Below are positions 10,289-20,581 of a stretch of 32,000 bases of DNA, piece by piece. This stretch comes from Zygophlyctis sp. KS116. Its lineage: Eukaryota; Fungi; Chytridiomycota. Location of the stretch: NCBI GenBank assembly GCA_054661495.1, contig BAAFSQ010000035.1, positions 26,680 through 58,679 of the forward strand, written 5' to 3'. How positions within the stretch are numbered: position 1 is the stretch's first letter; every line of letters begins with the position of its first letter. The translations under genes and the position numbers were made by a program. The notes below the pieces were generated by a model. It did no database searches and was not told the origin of the DNA. It saw nothing but the letters and a program-made list of their open reading frames with translations.

Positions 10289-10368
10289 TAAAACCCAACG
10301 GTAAAACTAACGCTAGACTTGGTGACTTGGTAGGGCGTTTGTTTGTTTAGAATTTCTAGAGAATTTCA
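10289..10368. promoter_or_regulatory. Putative 80-bp bidirectional promoter between IMP1 and PIP5K
   Basis: Divergent ATGs at 10288 and 10369; direct repeat gacttggt x2 at 10316-10331 followed by agggcg and (gttt)3. Confidence 0.4.
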
Positions 10369-12437
10369 ATGACAAGACCGCCATCTCCATCTTCACCATC
10401 TACAGACATACAAGATTCTAATATTCCCCAAAAGATTCATAAAACTGAAATTACACCAGTCTCTGATCAGGCAGACTCTGCATCCCCTGGACTAATAATA
10501 AAGGTTGTAGACTTTAATGAACAATTTATTCCTCAAAATGAATATGTTGAAACTAAAATTATTACTCAAGATCAGAGAGTCACTGTCAACTCTCTTGATG
10601 AGAATAGTCTCAAGGAAGAGAATAAGGAAATCCAGACAACTAAAGAGGAAAAGATTCAATTAAAACAAGAAAACAGAATACAGGAAAAAGAAAATCAGAC
10701 TAAAATCCTGGAAAATGGACATGACAATTTAGAAAATGCTGAAAGGAATTCAGGTTTAGACTCTGACCATAATTTAGAAAAAAAGAGTTCAAAACAAGAA
10801 ATGAAATTAAATATAAAGTCTCAAAGGAATTCAAAAGAAGAGAAAAAGTTTCAGGTTGGATCTATATCAACTCAAAAACAATTTCCAACAACTTCAAAGA
10901 TTTCTTTATTGAAAATATTTGATTCTCCTTCAGCTGGTACACCAAAAATAGATGATATTTCAAATATATATTCTACTTTGCCTCAGACTCCCAAGATTGC
11001 GGAGCATTCAAGAAAAATGGGATTTGGAAGTAGAAGGGAAAAGGAAGTGTTGATTGGTACTCCGGTTAAGGAAGGACATGCAAATTATGTACTCATGTAT
11101 GATATGTTGACTGGGATTAGAATTTCTGTACAAATATTTTCTCTTTTTTAAATATAATAGGTCTCAAGGTGTACTGCTAAACTTCCAAGGCCTCTAAATG
11201 ATAAAGATTTTACTGCCGCTCACAAGTTGGCGTTTGATATGTATTTTTTAAAATTATTTAAAATCTTAGAACTGGGACAGAAATGACTCCATCTTCTAGA
11301 TACGATTTCAAGTTTAAGGATTATGCACCATGGGCATTTAGAGATATAAGAGACATTTTTCATATTGATCCTGCAGAATATTTGGTATGATTTAAATTTT
11401 TTAATATTTTAGCTTTCTTTAACTGGAAAATATGTATTATCAGAATTAGGAAGTCCAGGAAAAAGTGGAAGCTTTTTTTACTTTAGTCAAGACTATAGAT
11501 TTATTATCAAGACAATTCATAGATCAGAGCATCAATTCTTAAGGAAGATACTTAAAGATTATCATGAAGTATTTTATATTAATTGACTTTTAGCATGTCA
11601 AATTAAATCCTCATACATTAATCTCTCGAATTTTTGGACTTCATCGTGTAAAACTTCCTGGAAATAGAAAAATACATTTTGTAGTAATGGGAAATATATT
11701 TCCTCCAAATAAGGACATTCATGAAATTTATGATTTAAAAGGATCATCTGTTGGACGATTATTTTCAGAGGAGAGGGCGGCTAATAATCCTAAAGCCGTG
11801 CTTAAAGATAAAAATTGGATCAATCGAGGAAAGAAATTAAATTTGGGTCCTGAAAAACGAATGCTTTTGATAAAACAGATGGAGAGAGATGTTCAGGTAT
11901 TAAATCCTTAACTTAACTAAAAGTTTTTGGTTTATCAAAAAATAATGGACTATTCCTTATTAATTGGAATTCATGATACTGTGAAAGGAAATAGCAGCAA
12001 TATTCGTGACAATACACTGGCAATATTTGAGCCCAAAGAGGTTGCAGCTAATTCTTCTCTATCCAAGGCTGCACTATTAAAAGAAGCTCTAGCCGAATCA
12101 GATCTAGTCCAGCTGGGCCCATCAAGCGCAAGACTACCTGAAATGCCTCCTCCCGAACGCACATATTGCTATTTTTATCAAGATTTTGGCGGTTTCGCTG
12201 CCACCAATGAAATGAATTTACCTGAAAAGGAGATATATTATATTGGAATTATTGACATATTAACCTATTACAATTCAACCAAAAAAATGGAACATTTTTT
12301 CAGGTCAATAGGAAACGATCCTGTAATTGTTCATTACTAATTATTAGACAAAGATTTCTGCAGTAAATCCTATTTTATATGGTTCCAGATTTCTAAACTT
12401 TATGAAGAATGCAATTAAAGGGTTCATTCCATCGTAA
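10369..12437 (+). CDS. MSS4: Phosphatidylinositol-4-phosphate 5-kinase (Mss4/Its3 type)
   Basis: [74 protein letters not shown]. Introns 11128-11160, 11241-11269, 11385-11412, 11569-11593, 11897-11923, 12323-12347. Confidence 0.95.
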
Positions 12438-12497
12438 ACATTTCGGACATGATGATAATAATAATTTTCCTATTGATACGTGAAAAATACTAAGATT

Positions 12498-14771
12498 ATG
12501 ATTAAAGGAAATAATGTATTTTTTAGTTTACGATAAGTATTTCAGAAGACTGAGTTAACAAGTCTCAAGCCAAATCTACATTCGCGTACAGGTACTTCCC
12601 CATCAATTCTCAACTCTAACAAATCTCATCAGATCCCCAAAGGTATTTCATTAGTCATATTAATATTTGTAGATGCAGATGAATATTATTCAGATGGATT
12701 TGAGAGTTATGAAGATGATTTTGAAAACTATGAAGAGGAGCCCATTAAAAATGTATTTTGATGATATTAAGCTGTAGGAGGATTTAATGACAAAGAAACC
12801 GATTCAGCTGCAAGGAAACTATAATCTTGTAAACAGTATGACTCCTATTTCTTAAGAAATAGATGATCAACAGCCTGTGCGTGCCGTGCTAAAGCCGCTA
12901 ATTGATTTGAATTCATCAATTAAAGACATGAAGAATTTAGAATCTGCCAATTTGCATTCTAAAATTAAGGCTAGATATATGGTAGCTATCAAAAGATTTA
13001 ATTAAAGGATTTACGCTCAGTTATTGAATTGGACTTTGTATCTCATGATATACTCGATCTAACACCAATGACTGAATATTCGGTGTATATTCAAAAATTT
13101 GGAAACGCTTCCTCTATACAAAGCGGGACGCAGACAAATGAAGATACTTTTGATCGTATTTGTCAAACTGATGACTGGTGGGTAGAAGATAAATGGGTTC
13201 AATCTACTTCGGACATGTTTTTAGAGTCTGGCACTTGTGAACCGGTCTTGCCGTGGCTAAGACCAAATACTTCTAACTGTAATTCAGATATTGCTGATTT
13301 TGTCTCTGACAAAGTGCTGGTAGCAAATGATAGCAAGAAATTGGAATTATTTTTATCAAATTCTGGAAATGTAAGATAGATTATATAACATTAGGTAATG
13401 GATATATTATTAGAAGAGGAAGAAAAAATGGACTTTGATGAAATTTCCAACATGAATGAAAATAGTTTAGAGTATTCTACTGGATACATGTCATTTTTTC
13501 CACCAGAATTTATCAAAGGTACGTTATAGCATGATTGAAGACAGGATGGACAATGATCGATGTAAAAACATCTAAAAGTGGAATACTCGCTGTAATGGTA
13601 GCACCTTCTTCTATGGCAGATACCATTGATCGTTCCATGTTAATATTATGGTATTTGAATGAGTCTTCTCATCCTTACAGGTAATTCCAAACTTTTTATA
13701 TCCTAGAATCTTGACGTGTGAACCTGAATTGACGGTTTGTCATATTATCGATAAACTTGTCATTTGTGGAACCAAAGATGGAAGCATTCAAATATGGGAT
13801 TTAAACGAAATCAATCATACTAATCTTGAAGATTCTACGACGTTTCAACGCCCCAGCTATTCAACAGATGGGATTCATACAGATCATCAAGATGCTATAG
13901 TTCTATTACTTCTAAATCATGAATCTTCTCAAAAAGCATATCATATAAAATCAATTGATGCCTCATTTGTTTGCTGTTCCTGGGTTATAACTCCTGTTCG
14001 AGAAGAGCTCAAAAATACATATGATTTAGATTACGGCATGAAAATAGGAAGTTTTATTAGTATGCGCAAGACTAATTCCTTGATTCTAAAGGCGCCTAAT
14101 AGGTATTTAGCACAATCACATAAATTGATAGAGGTCTTAATTCTTTGAATGATTATAGAATTGGAGCGTGCTGCCAAGTTTCTAATGATTCATTCCTCGT
14201 TGGCCTAGAGTCTGGAATGATACATTTAATTTCTGATCATGCCCAATATCCGGATTCATTTTTCTTATATTCAAGCAACCTAGGGACTGCATCACCTATA
14301 CAGATTCAAATTAATCCATTTGATAATGAAACATTTTTAGTTGCATACTCTTCTGGTCAATTAGCTCTATTTTCAAAAAGATCTTCAGTTGCATTATATA
14401 TTTGGAACATAAATTTTCCTATTAAATTCATTGAATGGTCTTCTCATCGACCATCCGTTTTCTACGTTTTGGATGGCCAAGCATTACTCGCATGGGACAT
14501 TCTGGAAAATGAATCATCACCAATAATTTCAACAGACACTAAATCAATCGGAAGCATTAAAATTATACGATGCCACCCTGATATCTTCTTATCCAGCAAA
14601 ACACATTTCAATTCTGGCCGCTCATTGATATTAGGGAGTGAAGAAGGGAGTATACAAGCACATCAACTAGTTGACTCTTGGACAGATCCGGCAGTGGACG
14701 AATTCAAGATTTTTTCTGCGTATGTGACGGACTTGATTAGAAAGACAAGTCCGCAACTTTTAGGATTTTAG
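12498..14771 (+). CDS. WDR60: Dynein-2 (IFT dynein) intermediate chain, WDR60/DYNC2I1/FAP163-like
   Basis: YEDDFE motif; ELDFVSHDILDLTPMTEYSVYIQKFG..QTNED..QTD..KWVQ; WD40 repeats (GTKDGSIQIWDL, EWSSHRPSVFYVLD). Introns 12516-12545, 12643-12672, 12753-12777, 12836-12862, 12982-13007, 13371-13394, 13519-13544, 13681-13706, 14103-14131. Start codon uncertain. Confidence 0.8.
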
Positions 14772-14835
14772 ATGAAGAATGATAAAGATGAGAATATGTA
14801 ACTTTTTAATTTTAAAAATCTTCAGACCATTCCCC

Positions 14836-15925
14836 ATGCCATGTATGTATACAAGTCATGTCCCCCCAGCGGCCGTCGAAAGTGGGTCTGAAATGCTCTC
14901 GTATTCTCTAGTACCAGTAGTTCAATGTATGCCTATGATGAAATATATAACTCCCAAATCAGTTAAAAATGATCAAGTCTCTTGCCCCCCTCAAAGCAAA
15001 AAGCTATCGAGGAAAGAAGCGGCTATTAGAATACAAGGAAAAGTTCGTGAATTCTTGCACAGAAACAGATTCAAAGATCGAGAAATAAATCCCATAATTA
15101 AATATCATCGGCCTTCTATCTACTTTACTGCATTGATCATTAGAGAAGTTGTAGTTGTATGCATTACTCAAACTTAATCTAGGATTTTTTAAAGGATATG
15201 CTCATTCAAGTATCCGAGAATATTTATCTTCCTGTAGGAATTTATTTTCTTATGATAGATGAAACAATCTAAAGATTACAAAGTTTTATACACAAGTTAT
15301 CATTTACTTGAAAACGAAATTTATACAAGCATTTATGAAATAATAGATGAGCTAATATCTAGAGAAAATATGTATATTTTATAGTTTAACACCTAGTTTT
15401 CAAGGAAGTATAAATAATATTGATCAATTTTTGATTAGTTCTTGGGTATCAGAAGCAATCTCACAAGAAATAAATTCTACAGTCAGACAATTTATCCAAG
15501 AAACTGTAGCTTCGTTTATGGAAGATCAAAAAAAAGAGACTGTTTTAGATTTGCTATTGTCCGAAATCCTCTTGGAATTTAATTTTAAAGAAACAGGATT
15601 GAAAGAATTAGTAATTTATGATGTGGTACAAGAGATGTTGGATATGGAAATCTTTGTTATTGTTCAGCATTTGCTTTTCGAATTGTCTTGTAATAGTAAT
15701 TTACAAGTGTACACTAGGCGTAAAATATGTCCGAAATCCAAAACCGTTGATCTAATTATGGATAATATTCTAGATAATATGATTTTTAATCAACTCATTG
15801 GATTTAAAACAAATAATCATATCAAAGGAATTGAAAAAGAAATGAATTCGATCTTGGACAGCTTCATTTTGCAATGCATTGCCCACAGGCTTAATGACGA
15901 CGTCAGCGTTTCAGACAATGAATAA
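14836..15925 (+). CDS. IQ-motif-containing hypothetical protein
   Basis: RKEAAIRIQGKVREFLHRNRF matches an IQ motif. Introns 15151-15182, 15234-15258 and 15372-15396 restore one frame to TAA at 15923-15925. An alternative upstream ATG lies at 14779. Confidence 0.65.
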
Positions 15926-17732
15926 TGATAAAACAACAGCATCGCCCAACTCTTCAAGTCTTGATTTAGCAAACATAGTTTATCAGAAAATGCTAATAAA
16001 TTCTTTTGTAGAATGTGCTCCTACAGAGTTACAAAAGTATCGGCTACCAAATCTAGTGGCTTCATTTGCAAAGAGACTTAAGCTTGCTACAATGAGGCAG
16101 CAGGATCCTAAAATGCCTCATACTAGAATCATAATCTCTGATTTCTCAAAGAAACCAACGCAATCAGAACGGCTATTTTCCGAAAACTATGGAAACTTGG
16201 CCAAGAATCTAAAAGGAAATAGGAAAAGTTCAAAGAAAAAGAACTCTAGAATTATTAGAGACAGTGAAGATCATTTAAAACGCAAATCCATTTCAAACAA
16301 GAGGACTTCTTATAAAATTGAATCTAGGAAAACATCTTATGCTTCTTCAGACTCTAAATTCACCTCTTCTAAAACAATTCCGCTGATCGATTCTTCTTTA
16401 GAAAATCGTGAATCTTTTCTAGTAAATAGTAGAAAGCAAGCTCCAAATTCTTCAAAACGAAGCAAGTTTATCAGCCCATTTCAACTTTACACAAATAATT
16501 CCTCTTTTGCAGCTCTTAAAACAAAAGTAAAACTCAAGGAATTTTCAAAGACAGTAAATTATGAATCTTTTAGTACAGCTCGTGCAAAACAATTAAAGGT
16601 AGTTGATGATTTAATGATTGCATTAAAAGATACACAAATTTCTAGAAAAACTTTGGAACATGCACTACTAATACCAGAGGATGTTATCAGACCCAAAACA
16701 AAGCTGTCTTCAACCAGCTTTGAATATATCAGATCTTGGATTCCAGAAGCAACATTAAAAGCACATCAACAACGAGTGGCAACTTCTCATACATTACGGA
16801 TGAAGAGTGATAAACTTCAAGTTTCTAGACAAAAGGATACTTTCTTAGATCTTCCTAAAGTAGATTATATTCCAAGTAAACAAGAAGAATCAATAGTCAT
16901 CATTACTCCTCAAATCCAAAGAACAGATTTAAAATCTCCAATACCAAAAGTTTTATTGGTACCTCAAATCAATCAAATTGAGAAACGTCACAAATCAATC
17001 AAATCTACAATAATTGACAGAAAAGTTGATTCTAAAGTACCAAGACATTTAAATCAAATTGAGAAACGTCACAAATCAATCAAATCTGCAATAATTGGCA
17101 GAAAAGTTGATTCAAAAGTACCGAGGCATTTAAATCCAAAAGTAATTCCTACTAAACTCAAGAAATCAAATACTGTATCTCCTGCGAAAATGTTGGTGAA
17201 ACCAATGTCTTTAAATCATTATGATTCTGATCCATCCTTGAATAAAGGAGAAAAGGCAAGAATAACATGCTGGTGGAACTTTACTGAACTCAAAAAATTA
17301 CGATCAAAGTTGATGGAAAAACAAGAGAGTGATAGATTGATAAAGATGGAAAGTACTAATGATAAGAAAAATTCCGGACAAGGCAATAGACAAAATTCAC
17401 ACATCCCTCACAAAACAACCAAATATATGAAATCACCCAGTAGTATTGATCAATTACCAATAGAACCACATCTTAATCGTCAATATATCATAGATACACA
17501 GGCCTCAGCCCAAGGGGCAACCCATTTCAGAAACAGTATATCTCTTCAAACTCATCAACCATCTAGCCGCCCAAAAACTGCAAGTCTGTTTCATAATGGA
17601 AATACTCCCAATTTAATTCATAGAAGACGATCAATATCTGTTGGTAATTACTCTGGAGACTCTCATTCAGTTGAACCTAGTCGCGCATACTTACAGATCT
17701 ATGCACCCCGACAGTATTTAAATTTGTCTTGA
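15918..17732 (+). CDS. Basic, Ser/Lys-rich low-complexity hypothetical protein, intronless
   Basis: Uninterrupted ORF of about 600 codons in AT-rich DNA; first ATG at 15918. No domain recognised. Confidence 0.7.
   Translation: MNNDKTTASPNSSSLDLANIVYQKMLINSFVECAPTELQKYRLPNLVASFAKRLKLATMRQQDPKMPHTRIIISDFSKKPTQSERLFSENYGNLAKNLKGNRKSSKKKNSRIIRDSEDHLKRKSISNKRTSYKIESRKTSYASSDSKFTSSKTIPLIDSSLENRESFLVNSRKQAPNSSKRSKFISPFQLYTNNSSFAALKTKVKLKEFSKTVNYESFSTARAKQLKVVDDLMIALKDTQISRKTLEHALLIPEDVIRPKTKLSSTSFEYIRSWIPEATLKAHQQRVATSHTLRMKSDKLQVSRQKDTFLDLPKVDYIPSKQEESIVIITPQIQRTDLKSPIPKVLLVPQINQIEKRHKSIKSTIIDRKVDSKVPRHLNQIEKRHKSIKSAIIGRKVDSKVPRHLNPKVIPTKLKKSNTVSPAKMLVKPMSLNHYDSDPSLNKGEKARITCWWNFTELKKLRSKLMEKQESDRLIKMESTNDKKNSGQGNRQNSHIPHKTTKYMKSPSSIDQLPIEPHLNRQYIIDTQASAQGATHFRNSISLQTHQPSSRPKTASLFHNGNTPNLIHRRRSISVGNYSGDSHSVEPSRAYLQIYAPRQYLNLS
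16971..17132 (+). repeat. In-frame 81-bp (27 aa) tandem duplication
   Basis: 16971-17051 and 17052-17132 differ at 5 positions (3 synonymous, 2 non-synonymous). Unit: NQIEKRHKSIKS(T/A)II(D/G)RKVDSKVPRHL. Confidence 0.92.
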
Positions 17733-17852
17733 GCCCGATCTAAAATCTTTTTAAATTAAATTTAATATATATTCTTCAGCAGCTTAATCATTTTCTAAAG
17801 CCCAACAATTGCGGAAGCGGAATAAAATTTTCATAATAAATTTGAAACTGAA

Positions 17853-19296
17853 ATGACAAAGATCTGTTGTATTGGAGCTGGATATGTAGGTGGACCTACT
17901 TGCGCTGTGATTGCCTTTAAGTGTCCAGACGTTAAAGTTACCATTGTTGATATTAACGCAGAAAGAATTGCAGCATGGAACTCGGACAATTTGCCAATTT
18001 ATGAGCCAGGATTGGATGAAGTTGTTTTTGCTGCCAGAGGAAGAAATTTATTCTTTTCAACTGATGTAGATGGGGCTATTGAAGAGGCCGATATGATTTT
18101 TGTGTCTGTAAATACTCCAACTAAAAAGGCTGGTTTGGGTGCTGGATATGCGGCCGATATAACTTATCTTGAATCAGCTACTAGAAGAATTGCAGCTGTT
18201 GCTAAATCTTCAAAGATTGTTATTGAAAAATCTACTGTTCCTTGCAGAACTGCTTCTTCAATGCAAGTTATTTTGGAGGCGAATGCTACTCCTGGAATTC
18301 GTTTTGATATTCTCTCTAACCCAGAATTTCTGGCTGAAGGAACCGCTATTGCGGATTTATTTAGTCCCGATAGAGTTTTGATTGGCTCTGCTTCCACGGA
18401 AGATGGTTATAAGGCTTGTGAGGCTCTTGCTAATGTTTATGCTAAATGGATTCCCAGAGAAAGAATTATTACTACTCGTATCTGGTCATCTGAATTAACA
18501 AAGCTGGTATTTTTTTCAATTTAACTTATGAAAGGCTGCTAACGCTCTTTTGGCACAAAGAATATCTTCTATTAATGCTTTGAGCGCCGTTTGTGAAGCT
18601 ACTGGTGCTGATATTGATGAAGTTGCTAGAGCTTGTGGATTTGATAAACGTATTGGACCAAATTTTTTGAAAGCTTCAGTTGGCTTTGGAGGAAGTTGCT
18701 TCCAAAAAGATATTTTGAATTTGGTTTATCTTTCGGAATCTCTTAATCTACCAGAAGTTGCTGCTTACTGGAGACAAGTTGTTAGTATGAATGAATATCA
18801 AAAATCTCGATTCTATGAAAAGATTATCCAACGTCTTTTCAATACTATTACTCACAAGAAAATTGCGGTTTTGGGATTCGCCTTTAAAAAGGACACTGGT
18901 GATACACGTGAATCTGCTGCAATTACCATGTGTAAATACTTTATGAGGGAAAGAGCAAATGTCAAGATTTATGATCCCAAAGTGGAACATTCTCAAATTG
19001 AGATGGATTTGACTGACCCTGAAATTGGTACACCTGAAAGCTGTAATTTTAAACAAATCTAATATCTAGACAAACAATTCATTACTATTTCTAAAGATGC
19101 TTATGAAGCATGTGAAGATGCTGATGCAGTAGCTATCATGACTGAGTGGGATGAATTCAAGACTTTGGACTTTGAGCGTATCTACAAGAATATGAAAAAG
19201 CCCGCTTTTATTTTTGATGGAAGATTAATGCTTGATCATCAGAAATTAGTAAAAATTGGTTTCCAAGTTGATGTTATCGGTAAAACTGTTATGTGA
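17853..19296 (+). CDS. UGDH: UDP-glucose 6-dehydrogenase
   Basis: [62 protein letters not shown]. Introns 18507-18534, 19043-19069; TGA at 19294-19296. Confidence 0.97.
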
Positions 19297-19357
19297 TTTA
19301 GCAATGAAATTATTTGTTGTAAGATTTAGTTTTGAGGGCCAGGTTGGTTTTGATTTA

Positions 19358-20572
19358 ATGACTGAGCAGCAGTCTGAGAGAGATCCGACATACTTTCAGT
19401 ACTATGCTCAACTTGTGCATCAGCAAAACATGCTGCAAGATTCTGTTAGGACCTCCATTTACTATGGTTCCATCATTGGTAATCCCCATGATTTCTTGCA
19501 AAAGTCTGTGATGGGTAATATATGAATGCTGATCGAATTAGATTTGGGAGCAGGAAGTGGCATATTATCATACTTTGCCGCTTTTGCAGGCGCTGAGAAA
19601 GTATACGCTGTCGAAGCATCAAATATGTCTCAAAAGATTCAAAAAATGATTGATTCTATTCCGATAAACAATCCAGGACTATCAGGAAAAATTCAAGTTG
19701 TCTCTGGTATTAAAATGAAACTAAAAATTAGGGAAAATTGAAGATATTCCATTAAACTCTATTGAAAGGGTTGATACATTGATCAGTGAGCCCATTGGTG
19801 TTTTTCTAGTTCATGAAAGGATGATAGAGTCATATTTATATGCAAGAGACAAGTTTTTGAAACCAATCTCTCAAGGAGGAAAAATGTATCCATCTCAAGG
19901 AAGTATTTTTGTGGCACCTTTTACTGATGGAAATTTATGGACTCAAACCATGACAAAAGGTAAAATAATTTATTATTAATTATAAAAGCAAGATTTTGGG
20001 AACAAACCCAATTTTATGGAGTTGATTTAACTCCATTGTTTAAAGATGCAGTTGATGAAGCTTTTGGGCAACCAGTTGTAGGAGGATTTGATTCTAGACT
20101 TTTGATGGCATCTGGAGTTCCATATACTTGTATTTCTTTTTTTATTTATTTTATAGTTGATTTTCAAACAATGTCTATTCAAGAATTAAAAGAATTTGTG
20201 ATTCCATTTTCTTGGACTGTATCCTATACTGGTATCATTCATGGTCTAGCGTCTTGGTTTGATATTACTCTTGGTGATAGAGTTTTATCAACTTCTCCAC
20301 ATGCAGAAAGAACTCATTGGCATCAGATTAGACTTTTACTAAAAGATCCTTTAGCTGTAAACGTTGGTGATGTTGTCTCTGGGAGTATTCATTTTAAAGT
20401 CAACAATATGCGCTCTTATGATATAACTTTAGATATTCAAATGGGAAAACTTTATAGAAGTGGAGTATATTTACTACATGAACAGTCTTACTACTTTGAT
20501 TCACCAGCGTTACAGGCTGATGTAACACCTGAAATGATTGGATTATATGAAAATTCCAATAAATTAGGTTAG
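19358..20572 (+). CDS. CARM1: Protein arginine methyltransferase, CARM1/PRMT4-like catalytic core
   Basis: [40 protein letters not shown], double-E loop [16 protein letters not shown] loop. Introns 19515-19541, 19707-19731, 19960-19988, 20130-20156. Confidence 0.88.
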
Positions 20573-20581
20573 GTAGAGGAA

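Noticed and set aside
15902-15914. 13-nt GT..AG segment that would fuse the IQ gene to the downstream ORF in frame
   Set aside because: Far below the 24-nt minimum seen for all other introns and not AT-rich; cannot be supported without RNA data.
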